Notes under the pieces: generated by a model
The model's input: the letters and a program-made list of their open reading frames with translations, nothing else
Databases searched by the model: none
Told to the model about the DNA's origin: nothing
DNA from: Candidatus Poseidoniaceae archaeon
GTDB taxonomy: Archaea > Thermoplasmatota > Poseidoniia > Poseidoniales > Poseidoniaceae
Assembly: GCA_938075675.1 (NCBI GenBank)
Contig: CALJHE010000022.1
Location: 8,135-72,134, forward strand
Reading direction: 5' to 3'
DNA: 64,000 bases
Position numbers and translations under genes: made by a program
In this document: one piece after another, positions 19,965-29,062 of the stretch
Numbering within the stretch: the stretch's first letter is position 1
Layout of the letters: each line of letters begins with the position of its first letter

Positions 19965-21587
19965 TCACAATTTATCCATCTCAGAATGAAGGATTTTGAG
20001 GGCGCCTCGAAGGTTTTGGCGTTTCGTGCTGTTGAATCGGAAACGGCGCATTGCTCGTTTCAAATCGCACCAATCATCCCATAGAAGGGTCGATGTTCGG
20101 CCGCACAACCAGAAACAAGGCAGTGCAGTCAACATGAAAAGCATTCGAGCTAAGTTTTGGTGGAGTGAAGATGTACCGATGAGATTCAGCCAGTCGAATC
20201 CGAGAAGAGATACGAGGGTTTCGTGGTTGGCATGTTCGATCGCCAATAGGCCCAAAATCATGAACGGCCAAAACATCAACGAGCCAAACATGGCTGCCAA
20301 GAAATGATACGAGGTACGCGCATCAAGGCCTTCGTCGGTTGAATCGCCGAGTATTCGCCCCATGGCGATTTGCGGTGTATACGCATAGATAAACAAAGGA
20401 AGAAGTGAGAGTAGCAGTGGTAGTCGTACCACTTTTTTCGCCAAAGAAAACGGTTCAACGCGTCGTAAATCAGTACCTGATGCATTGAGGTCACGTCCAT
20501 CTAATTGACACTCCTTGAGAATCAGTGCGGCCGCTTTCGCCGAACCGATTGCAGGATGAGTGATTTCCGGCACTGCTGCGTTTTCGATGACCTCTTGCTC
20601 GGTAAGTTGAGGTTGTAACAAAAGCCTCAGTGCACGTGCCGATTGCACTTCCTCCCTCCATGAAACGAGCGGTCGATTGGTTCTCAGAGATTCCACGTGC
20701 CCCATTAAATGGAGAGCATGGTATTCTTCCCAAGTACGGGTATTCGGTGTAAGCGGAACCAGTTGCGTACGAATTTTGTCACGTAACGAAAACACACTTT
20801 CCGCTGGAGGTTCAACCCAATTGCCATGGGATACGGCTTGAACTAAATCGTGAGGTATTTCTTCATCAGTGATTTTGTGTGGCGAGCCGTACTCCACCCA
20901 AACGTCTGTGCGGAATTTTTCTCGTTCTCTGAAATGTAGACCTATTGGAATGACTGCGGGGAGAGGTTTGTTTGATGCTTTGGCTAAAGCGGCTGCTGCA
21001 AAAACGGTACGGAATGGACCGGTTCGGAACCGGAGCATTGAGGACTCGTTGTGACTGGTGCCCTCGGGAAACAAAACACAACCAAACCCGGCTGAGATGC
21101 CGGTAGAAAGCATCAGTAAAGAGCGCCCGTTAATTTGGGTCGCCTCTTCTTCACTGCACCCATCGCGCAACAATTCTGCTTTCCTTACAACAGGCTGGAC
21201 TGCCAATTTACGCGTCCACCAACTCAACAGTGGGCGTGTGACGAGGTCGTGCCTTCCGCCCATAACGAAATTCTTAGGGTGCTTGAGGACGATTTGCAAT
21301 GGGTCCATGAGCCCGTTTGTATGCCATGCACAGCACAGATTTCCACGATCCATCGGAAGAGTTTCAATTCCTGAAACCTCACTGGTTCGGAACTGAACTG
21401 CCAAAATACGTCGCGCGATCCAATACGCGACGTTTGACCAAAATGGGGAACCGGGGGTGTTTCCGTCGAACGTTGGCATTGGAGCCGAGAGCAGTTTATC
21501 CATTTGCATGTTCTTTGCCGACTTCGACAATTCTGGCAACTTCTCACCGCGATGATCGGTCGCTCCATCCTTCATTGGCTGACTCAT
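19965..21587 (-). CDS. glycerol-3-phosphate/lysophospholipid acyltransferase (PlsC superfamily) with C-terminal TM helices
   Basis: HTNGLMDP (HX5D), PVVR, LFPEGTSH, FRTG, VIPIGL motifs. Confidence 0.85.
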   Translation of the reverse strand: MSQPMKDGATDHRGEKLPELSKSAKNMQMDKLLSAPMPTFDGNTPGSPFWSNVAYWIARRILAVQFRTSEVSGIETLPMDRGNLCCAWHTNGLMDPLQIVLKHPKNFVMGGRHDLVTRPLLSWWTRKLAVQPVVRKAELLRDGCSEEEATQINGRSLLMLSTGISAGFGCVLFPEGTSHNESSMLRFRTGPFRTVFAAAALAKASNKPLPAVIPIGLHFREREKFRTDVWVEYGSPHKITDEEIPHDLVQAVSHGNWVEPPAESVFSLRDKIRTQLVPLTPNTRTWEEYHALHLMGHVESLRTNRPLVSWREEVQSARALRLLLQPQLTEQEVIENAAVPEITHPAIGSAKAAALILKECQLDGRDLNASGTDLRRVEPFSLAKKVVRLPLLLSLLPLFIYAYTPQIAMGRILGDSTDEGLDARTSYHFLAAMFGSLMFWPFMILGLLAIEHANHETLVSLLGFDWLNLIGTSSLHQNLARMLFMLTALPCFWLCGRTSTLLWDDWCDLKRAMRRFRFNSTKRQNLRGALKILHSEMDKL

Positions 21588-22024
21588 TCCGCCACCTCGC
21601 GTAAAGATTCAGAGAGAACTGCAAGTGAACTATGGTCGACCTCGCCACCCATTGGCGTGGAATGAGGCCACATTGAATGAAGTGTCAAACCACCATCGCC
21701 TGGTTGTCGCGGTAAGACATGAACATGGACATGAGGCACTTCTTGACCGGCAAGAGGTCCGTCGTGCACACAGACGGTGAAATCAGATGTAGAGAAGTGA
21801 TGCGAAAGGCGGCGTTGTACTTCAGCGACCCCTTCAAACAAAGCGTTCCTCGATTGGTTGGAAAGTGAAGCAATATGTTGAGCGCTCTGCTTCGGAACAA
21901 CAAGTGTGTGTCCCTCGCAACGCGGGAATATATCGAGGAATGCATACCACTGTTCACCTTCAGCAACACGGTGGGATGGTATCTCACCAGAGATGATTTG
22001 GTCGAACAAGGTCGGCACGCCCAT
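21584..22024 (-). CDS. HIT family hydrolase
   Basis: TLFDQIISGEIP, AFLDIFP..GHTLVVPK, GQEVPHVHVHVLPR. Confidence 0.93.
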   Translation of the reverse strand: MGVPTLFDQIISGEIPSHRVAEGEQWYAFLDIFPRCEGHTLVVPKQSAQHIASLSNQSRNALFEGVAEVQRRLSHHFSTSDFTVCVHDGPLAGQEVPHVHVHVLPRQPGDGGLTLHSMWPHSTPMGGEVDHSSLAVLSESLREVAE

Positions 22025-22080
22025 GTCCTTGCCACGAGGTTTACCTTTTCAGTGATTCACCGGAAAAAGAGGTTTTTCGC

Positions 22081-23745
22081 TCATTGAGGCGTGAGAATCC
22101 AATTACCAGATTTGCTCTTACGGAGTGCGAGCGTACTCACTTCGCCCATCTGATTAACAGTGTAATGGTGGAGGTGGTCCTCACTGAATTCAGTAAAATC
22201 AGAGCGGTGATGGCTGCCACGTGTTTCTTTTCGGGCGAGGGCTGAATGTGCTGCTGCAAGAGAAAGTCGAGCAGATGCCTGAACTCGAGCAATTTCAACA
22301 AGATTCATGTTCGCAATCAATGAAGACTGGTCAACGTGAATCGATTCCGCAAGGACTGAGGCGGCTTCCAAAGTCTCGATGAGGGAAGTGAGGCCGTCTG
22401 CATCCCGGGTCATGCCGAGGGAAGATTGTACAGCGTCTCGTACTTTGGTCACTACATGACCTACGCGAACTACGCCCTCATCAGAAAGTTCCGAAACTGC
22501 AGAGTGATCTGCTTGTGCCGCTTGCTCTGCTTCATGTGCAGCCTGAGCGTTCGTGAATTGTCGGTTTTTTACCCATTTCCCAGCATGAGCGCCTGCGGCT
22601 GCCCCGCCTAGGACCGCATCCAGCATTCTGTTTCCAGGCAAGATGTCTGCACCATGGAATCCTGAGCATGATGCGTCACCTGCAGCATATAGGCCGGTAA
22701 ACCATCGAGACCATGTGGAAAGAATAGCTCTACCATGTTCGTCAACAGTAATGCCGCCAATGGTAGCATATGGGCGTGATTCAATACCAACAGTTTGACG
22801 GGACATGTCAATTCCAGTTCGTTGCTTAACGCTTCGGAATACAGCATTCCACCATCCAGAGGCGTCGCCCAAATTACGAGCATCGATGACAGGTTGTTTT
22901 GCGTTCGAAACCATTTGGCACACTTCATCAAGCGTAGATTCTCCAAACTCCAAGTCAGAACCACTGGCTTCATGGAGCGTTGCGCCATCATGCAAGAGAC
23001 CGAGAGGCAGAATGAGATTGGTATCTTTGATGCCAAGAGGTGAATGTGCAATGAACTCCATATCTCGCAGTGGCACGCCTGCACGTAGGGCGAGGTCCAA
23101 CCCAAGGCCGACTTGGCCGTGGCTGAACGCTCCCTCAAATCCGCCATCCGCGATGATAATGGCTTTGGCTTGAAGTGCTGTAATTCGACCGTTGACGGTA
23201 TCCACGACCGTGATTCCGCTAACGGATTCGTTGGTATGGATGAGAGAAAGAGGCAAATGATCACCACGGCGCGTCACACCATACCTCATGCATTGTTCTT
23301 CGAGAATTTGTTGTATTTCACGGCCTGTAGCATCGCCAGCGTCAGCGTTACGGGCCTTGCCGTGACCAATTGCCTTTCTTGCCATAGGTAAGCCCTGGGC
23401 ATCGCGGCGGAACGTCAAGCCCCAGCGCTCAAGTAAATCCACTTGCCGAGTAGCAGCAGCAGTGCGAAGAGCGACTATGTCTTGGTCGTTCAAGAACGCT
23501 CCTGAGCGAATAGTATCTTCACGGTGGTCTCGGTTATTCGACTCTTGCAGGGGTGCAGCAAGTCCGTCTTGGGCAAAATGCGAGGTACTCCCCAGTGCGT
23601 TCTCACAAAGCATCAATGTGGATGCTCCAGACTTAGCTGATTCTGCTGCAGAACGGAGGGCTGCAGGCCCGTCGCCTAATACGATGACATCCCATGCTTC
23701 CAAGGTTCCACATCCGGTAAATGAACGCAAGTGCCCCCCATCCAT
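22081..23745 (-). CDS. SdhA/FrdA/NadB-family FAD-binding protein (divergent)
   Basis: DVIVLG.G.A, AQDG, DMEF, GLYAAGD, HGA..L.GN, RKETRGSHHRSDF; catalytic residues appear altered. Confidence 0.8.
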   Translation of the reverse strand: MDGGHLRSFTGCGTLEAWDVIVLGDGPAALRSAAESAKSGASTLMLCENALGSTSHFAQDGLAAPLQESNNRDHREDTIRSGAFLNDQDIVALRTAAATRQVDLLERWGLTFRRDAQGLPMARKAIGHGKARNADAGDATGREIQQILEEQCMRYGVTRRGDHLPLSLIHTNESVSGITVVDTVNGRITALQAKAIIIADGGFEGAFSHGQVGLGLDLALRAGVPLRDMEFIAHSPLGIKDTNLILPLGLLHDGATLHEASGSDLEFGESTLDEVCQMVSNAKQPVIDARNLGDASGWWNAVFRSVKQRTGIDMSRQTVGIESRPYATIGGITVDEHGRAILSTWSRWFTGLYAAGDASCSGFHGADILPGNRMLDAVLGGAAAGAHAGKWVKNRQFTNAQAAHEAEQAAQADHSAVSELSDEGVVRVGHVVTKVRDAVQSSLGMTRDADGLTSLIETLEAASVLAESIHVDQSSLIANMNLVEIARVQASARLSLAAAHSALARKETRGSHHRSDFTEFSEDHLHHYTVNQMGEVSTLALRKSKSGNWILTPQ

Positions 23746-23821
23746 AAGCACCGCGCTTCTACGACTTGCAATTTCGAGGCTGTAGAGGAGATGGCATTGG
23801 CATGAATATTGATTTCAGGGT

Positions 23822-25360
23822 TCACAGAACCATCTTTGGGAGTGCAAGGTCGCCTTGTTTGCGAGCGTCTTCCAATTTATGCATTCTCTTGTTTACCCGG
23901 CGTCCCGCAGAACGCCGAACTACCGTACGAATCACTTGAGATTCCAAAACGATCCCTGCATCATCACGAAGAATAACCTGTACGTCGGCAGGCCCGTGAA
24001 AACTACGAGGCCAAGCAACGCCAATCCAGAGAACAACGCCGCGCTCCAAGTACCTTGGAATCCAATCGAGGGCGTCTTCTTCAGTTGAATGCGAGAGCAA
24101 CACTGAACTTTTCGGAGGCGGACATGCACTCAATTCGAAGCGGTGGTCTCGGGTTTCCGGTTCTCCGTTTGGAGTCAATACTTCGACACGTACCGCACGT
24201 GATTCAAAGGTTTGATTGTTGAGAGCAATGAATAAATTTCCTGCGCCTTCATAGCAATTATCGTCCAGTGCAACATCCATGCGCCATTCAGCTCGCAAAA
24301 GCGGCGGGGCACCGGAAAGCAGGTCGTTTTGTAGGCGATCGAGCAGAAGGAAAGCTTCTGGCTGCCAGCCTCTTGAGTGAGCGACAAGCCGTTGAATCGT
24401 TCGCCAATTGAACCTTGCATCGTCGTCGAGCAGTAACTTTTCAAATCGTTCCTGTGAAATGAAGGATCGCAATTCATCATGAGCCATCTGCGTAGTGAGT
24501 TCTTCTTCCATGTGGAGGTGCAAAATGTAGAGCAAGCGCTCCAATGCTTGTTTCGTGATGTGTCCGGGAATCAACGCCTTGCGGAATAATTTCTGCCATT
24601 CTTCCCATTCCAAGAACAAATCTGGGTCGAGGTGAGCAACCAACAGGTCTCCAAGCACACTACCCAGTTGGGTAGGGTGGTGCGTAGGGGCGTGGAAAAC
24701 GATGGATGGAAATGGGTCTCCAAGTTGACGGATAAAAGCGTATGAAAAGAATCCGTGAAAGGTTTGTGCGATTCCGAGCGTCATCGCCACAAGAAGTGCA
24801 AGGTTCCATGCCAGTGAGTTCGCTGTAACTACCGAAGCAAGCATCAAGAGAACGACGGTGAGCGAAGAAAGAAGTGTGAGGACCAAATTGTTACGGCGTT
24901 GGTCGTTAAGACTTTCGAGAATGCGGTCCATACCTGGCTGGGCTCGTAATGCGTGCTTTTTGCCATCCCGGACACCGCCTTGTTCACGAAGAGAGATTCT
25001 TGCCTGCATCGCTTGCCAAGCGGACTCGCCTGCAACAACTGTCGGTGCGACAGCAATGAGAATGAGTGGAATAAGAATGAAAATTAAACCGTTCAATGAA
25101 TCAATGATGGGTGCGTAAATTAGACTAGAAAATGCAAAAACTGCAAGAGAAAAACCGCTCATGGTTCGCCAAAGCATCAAGGCCGGGTGACGTGCAATTC
25201 GCCCAGCCCTAAGACGGCGCTTTTCCAAAACACTCCACTGGTTACGGGTGTTTTCAATCGGGTCTTCAGAGTACTCAAAACCCTCTCCGTAAGGGTCAGG
25301 AAGCGGAATAAAGGCATCCGATTCTGTCGACTTACTCCCCTTTGCAGCCATAGCGCTCAT
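23822..25360 (-). CDS. membrane protein, hypothetical
   Basis: 512-aa ORF with about 4 TM segments and a soluble C-terminal domain. Confidence 0.75.
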   Translation of the reverse strand: MSAMAAKGSKSTESDAFIPLPDPYGEGFEYSEDPIENTRNQWSVLEKRRLRAGRIARHPALMLWRTMSGFSLAVFAFSSLIYAPIIDSLNGLIFILIPLILIAVAPTVVAGESAWQAMQARISLREQGGVRDGKKHALRAQPGMDRILESLNDQRRNNLVLTLLSSLTVVLLMLASVVTANSLAWNLALLVAMTLGIAQTFHGFFSYAFIRQLGDPFPSIVFHAPTHHPTQLGSVLGDLLVAHLDPDLFLEWEEWQKLFRKALIPGHITKQALERLLYILHLHMEEELTTQMAHDELRSFISQERFEKLLLDDDARFNWRTIQRLVAHSRGWQPEAFLLLDRLQNDLLSGAPPLLRAEWRMDVALDDNCYEGAGNLFIALNNQTFESRAVRVEVLTPNGEPETRDHRFELSACPPPKSSVLLSHSTEEDALDWIPRYLERGVVLWIGVAWPRSFHGPADVQVILRDDAGIVLESQVIRTVVRRSAGRRVNKRMHKLEDARKQGDLALPKMVL

Positions 25361-25475
25361 GCTATGACGCGCGGCCGTTGAATATGTCTCTTGCCTCTGA
25401 CATCACTCAATCACTGTGATTTTGATAAATACTTCCGACATACAAAATCGAAAAAAAAACAAAGTTTGTTGGACT

Positions 25476-25961
25476 TCAAGCCCAAGTTATGTGACTATCA
25501 ACGTACTTCGCCACTTGCTTGTAACCAGCAAACCAGTAATACAGTGTTAGCGTTATAATACTCAGTACACAGACTTTAACCCAAATTCCAAACAATCCCA
25601 TTGCGGTTCCAGTGAAACGAATGCTTCGGCCATCAATTCGAACTTTTTTCGCCCACTTGTTGATGACCATGCATTTGGCCCAAGGGAGTCCAAAGCCAAG
25701 AGTAATTCCGATCAAGAGGAAACCGAGGAGTTTGGTGAAAAACAATCCGTATTCTGCAGTTTGTATTGCCCAAACGCCGCCGCTAGAAGGTACGTTTTGA
25801 GCCATTGACGCCATTGCCATTACAGGCTCATGAGAGACCGATGGCGCTGCAACCACAGGGACATCCGCTACTGTAGATGAAGGCGTTTCAACGGTGTCTT
25901 CATTTGGCACCCATTCGGCTCCATCCCACTTCCACTTGCCGTCTTCGCTTATTTGTTGCAT
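25476..25961 (-). CDS. DUF898-like membrane protein with N-terminal Trp-rich motif
   Basis: ITLG...PWA....KW.....IDGR..RF.G...GLFG.W pattern; real start MQQISEDGKW at 25961. Confidence 0.75.
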   Translation of the reverse strand: MQQISEDGKWKWDGAEWVPNEDTVETPSSTVADVPVVAAPSVSHEPVMAMASMAQNVPSSGGVWAIQTAEYGLFFTKLLGFLLIGITLGFGLPWAKCMVINKWAKKVRIDGRSIRFTGTAMGLFGIWVKVCVLSIITLTLYYWFAGYKQVAKYVDSHITWA

Positions 25962-26118
25962 GATATTCGAATAAAACGTTGAATATATCAGTTTTTTGGG
26001 TCTTTTGAATTTCTGCTTGAGCGATGAGGAGAACGAACAGACGATAATGGAGAGTAAATACTGTCGCTGTGCGTTTAATCTTTGTAAGACTAATAGTGTA
26101 GTGGTTCGTCCGTAGATT

Positions 26119-27510
26119 ATGATTCGACCCACTGTTCTGCTTGTATTCATCATGCTTTCAGCATCTTTAGCAGGATGTATTGAAGAGCCTATCATCGATG
26201 AACCCGTTCCCGAAGATGACCCGGCAATTGACGATACGGATGAAGTCATCAACGGTTCAAGCGGTGGTTCAGGGGCTGGTTCAGGGGCTGGTACAGGAAC
26301 GGGCAACAGTAATTCGGATGACGGCAGCAGTGGTGAACCAGTGAACGGAACCGATAACGGCAACGATAACACCGATGATGGCTCGGAGACCGATAGCGGC
26401 AACTCTGGAAATGGGGGGAATGCGACCGACCCTGAAGACAACGGCGGCACGGACCCAGGAGACAGCAGTGGCTCAGGCTCTGGCGACAACGGCGGCACGG
26501 ACCCAGGAGACAACGGCGGCACGGACCCAGGAGATGGGAGCGGCACTGGAACCACAGAATGTGGAACGGGCGATGGCACGTACAGTTCGACGATGATTGC
26601 CTTTGACATCAGTGCAAACCCAGATTTCACGAACATCGGCGGTATTGAAATCGATTGTTCGACAAATCTTCTCTACGGCTATGCATGGGACAGCGTTACA
26701 CAGGTTGAACACTTCATCTCCATTGACCCATCCAATGGTTTAGTGACCTCGTTAGTGGAATTGACAGGGATAGAGTCTGTTAACTCTATTACTACCTATT
26801 CCGATGGGGAATATTTTGCAAGCATGCGCGGGAACAGCAACGACTACCTGGTTCACCTCACGGTTTCCGACCCAAGTCAATTCACAATGACGTTGTTTGA
26901 CTTCTCTGCCCATCCGGAATTGGATCATGTCGGGGGCATGGAGTACAATCATGAGGATGAAATCATCTATGCCTATGCTTCTGACGATACCAACAGCGGA
27001 AGTCAAGGGCAAGGACAAGGGCAACAAAATACAATCACATATCCAGACATCTATGTTGTTTCAATCAATCCAAATGATGCTGCGGTAACCAAGCATACAC
27101 AAATCGAAAATATCGAGGGAGTGGGTTCCGGGACTTCTGCATACGATGGCGCGCATTACTATCTTAATGTACGAAACAGCGGAGGGGGATATTCGATGGT
27201 CAAAATCAATACGCTTGATTATTCAATGACGACCTCCACAGTTTTGCAATCTACAAATGAAGACTTGTCCAATGCGGGTGGATTCGAGATAAACCTCGTC
27301 GATGGCCTCATCTACGGATATGCATACGATTCCCAGGCAGGAGTCGAAGTGTTTGTTTCATATGATGTAGCGACCGAAAGCGTTGTGCAAATCGGCATCA
27401 TCGATGGTGTGCAATACGTCACCTCGTATTCAACAAACGGTGGCAACGATTTCTATGCCATCATGAGTGGTTCTGACCGGGTGAATAAACTGGTTCATAT
27501 CACCTACTGA
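26119..27510 (+). CDS. lipoprotein with Gly/Ser/Asp/Asn-rich linker and repeat (propeller-like) domain
   Basis: Lipobox SLAGC, low-complexity linker, three internal repeats GG.E.....IYGYA.D. Confidence 0.8.
   Translation: MIRPTVLLVFIMLSASLAGCIEEPIIDEPVPEDDPAIDDTDEVINGSSGGSGAGSGAGTGTGNSNSDDGSSGEPVNGTDNGNDNTDDGSETDSGNSGNGGNATDPEDNGGTDPGDSSGSGSGDNGGTDPGDNGGTDPGDGSGTGTTECGTGDGTYSSTMIAFDISANPDFTNIGGIEIDCSTNLLYGYAWDSVTQVEHFISIDPSNGLVTSLVELTGIESVNSITTYSDGEYFASMRGNSNDYLVHLTVSDPSQFTMTLFDFSAHPELDHVGGMEYNHEDEIIYAYASDDTNSGSQGQGQGQQNTITYPDIYVVSINPNDAAVTKHTQIENIEGVGSGTSAYDGAHYYLNVRNSGGGYSMVKINTLDYSMTTSTVLQSTNEDLSNAGGFEINLVDGLIYGYAYDSQAGVEVFVSYDVATESVVQIGIIDGVQYVTSYSTNGGNDFYAIMSGSDRVNKLVHITY
26437..26532 (+). 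repeat. 24-bp coding tandem repeat (DNGGTDPG)
   Basis: GACAACGGCGGCACGGACCCAGGA occurs exactly at 26437, 26485 and 26509, with one variant unit at 26461-26484. Confidence 0.9.
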
Positions 27511-27527
27511 TGTTCAAAGATTCAGTT

Positions 27528-27604
27528 TGGCGGACGTGCCAGGATTTGAACCCGGGATCTTCGGCTTAGGAGGCCAACGCATTATCCAGCTGTGCTACAC
27601 GCCC
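27528..27604 (-). tRNA. tRNA-Arg(CCT)
   Basis: Reverse complement GGGCGTG..TTGGC CT CCT AA GCCGA..GGTTCAAATCC..CACGTCC GCCA forms a cloverleaf; CCA encoded. Confidence 0.95.
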
Positions 27605-27626
27605 AAACGTTCCAGTGGCATGGAAG

Positions 27627-28772
27627 TCAAGACGCTTTCGCAGCATTCATCCGTTGTCCGATGTCAGCGACTTGGAACAAGAAGCGCTCCAATTCAATCC
27701 GTCCTTGCATGCTTCGATGCAATGCCACATCACATGCAGAAAGAGCAACGAGAATCTCTGAAAGAATGTTCTCGTCAAGATGGAGACGTCCTTCGGTCAA
27801 CAACAAATGAAATTGTTCGACGATATCTTCAGGCTCGAGATTGTTTTCTGACATTACTTGGTCCATCACGCCCATAGCGCCCTTGAGGACACGTTTGTTC
27901 TTGTTGCCTTCTTTTTCCCATCGCCAATCATGAACACGGTTACGCAAGGCTTCTTCCAAGATGTGTTGCACTTCACGAAGTGACGTTGCTGCAAGCAAGT
28001 TTTGGAGATTTTTCCTGTCACCAAGAAGTTCTCGGTGCGTGAGGAGTTCCATGATGAAGATGGCTTTACGAATGTTCCCTGAAGAGACGTGAGAGATGTC
28101 ACCGATAATTCCGCGCACTGGAGTGAGGTTCTCCTCATGAACAATTTGCATTAAACGTGATTCAATAAGTGGGCGATTGATTTTGGCAAGTCGGATGTGC
28201 TGTGTTCGGCTACGCAGGGCTTCAATAATCCGCGAAGGCGTGTGAGCGGTGAAGATGAAACGTGCACTACCGCTGCTCACTTCCATCATCCGGCGCAAGT
28301 ACGATTGCCGAATAGTGCCGAGATAATCGGCATCTTCAATGATAATGAGACGGGATACTGCTGCTCGTTGTTGGCTCGAGTGTTCACATTCGATGCCGGC
28401 TGGAGGAGGCGTATTTGCTGCAGTCGAAGAAAACGTGTGATCAAATGCATCGAGACTGGTTCTTCCAGCAAGGGTGTCGTCTGAACCGCTACCTTCGGGC
28501 CTAAGGAATTCTTCGAATTTCCCCATTGCACCTGAAGTACGAGCCAAATCACGCGCCTGAAGAATGTGAGTACGTGCTTCCCAAGTCGGGCCGAGAATCT
28601 GCCGAGCCATCAACCGCCAAGTTGCAGTTTTACCTACGCCTGCTGGCCCTGAAAGAAGCAAGTGAGGGGGATTAGCCTGAAGAGAAGTACGAGTGATGGT
28701 CGTAAGAGTTACTTCTGGCAGCAACAAATCTTCGAAAAGAAGAGGTGCTTTGTCAGTAAGCCAAGATGACAT
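27627..28772 (-). CDS. replication factor C small subunit-like AAA+ protein (divergent)
   Basis: PHLLLSGPAGVGKT Walker A, IIIEDAD, Q..LRRMME, I.EALRSRT, GNIRKAI. Confidence 0.75.
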   Translation of the reverse strand: MSSWLTDKAPLLFEDLLLPEVTLTTITRTSLQANPPHLLLSGPAGVGKTATWRLMARQILGPTWEARTHILQARDLARTSGAMGKFEEFLRPEGSGSDDTLAGRTSLDAFDHTFSSTAANTPPPAGIECEHSSQQRAAVSRLIIIEDADYLGTIRQSYLRRMMEVSSGSARFIFTAHTPSRIIEALRSRTQHIRLAKINRPLIESRLMQIVHEENLTPVRGIIGDISHVSSGNIRKAIFIMELLTHRELLGDRKNLQNLLAATSLREVQHILEEALRNRVHDWRWEKEGNKNKRVLKGAMGVMDQVMSENNLEPEDIVEQFHLLLTEGRLHLDENILSEILVALSACDVALHRSMQGRIELERFLFQVADIGQRMNAAKAS

Positions 28773-28828
28773 GGATTCACTCTTACCGTCAGCGGTCTTT
28801 CAACCCTGCGCGAGAAAGGGCTGTTGCC

Positions 28829-28993
28829 TCACTCTGCCTTGAGACGCTTTGTACCGGTTCGGCGCAACTTCATGAAGATGCGTGAGCCGCAAGACTTGCA
28901 GCTTATTCCGTTACGTTCGCGGTGGAAGGATTCGAGGTTTCCGCAGACTGCGCATTTGTAATCAACAAGTTCAACCATATTGTTCGTCTCCAT
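28829..28993 (-). CDS. rpoP: DNA-directed RNA polymerase subunit P (Rpo12)
   Basis: YKCAVCG...ISCKSCGSRIFMKLR....RLKAE; start may instead be 28978. Confidence 0.88.
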   Translation of the reverse strand: METNNMVELVDYKCAVCGNLESFHRERNGISCKSCGSRIFMKLRRTGTKRLKAE

Positions 28994-29062
28994 TCTACGC
29001 GACCGGCCACCCTTTCTTGAAGGTGTCCCTCCAAGAATGTTCAGTTTTACAGTCAAAAAGGC

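Noticed and set aside
26437-26532. 24-bp repeats as a possible CRISPR array
   Set aside because: In-frame coding repeats without unique spacers; no cas genes
25962-26636. 5' extension of the 386-aa minus-strand ORF with PPLSPGSV repeats
   Set aside because: Antisense shadow of the lipoprotein repeat; the real gene starts at 25961
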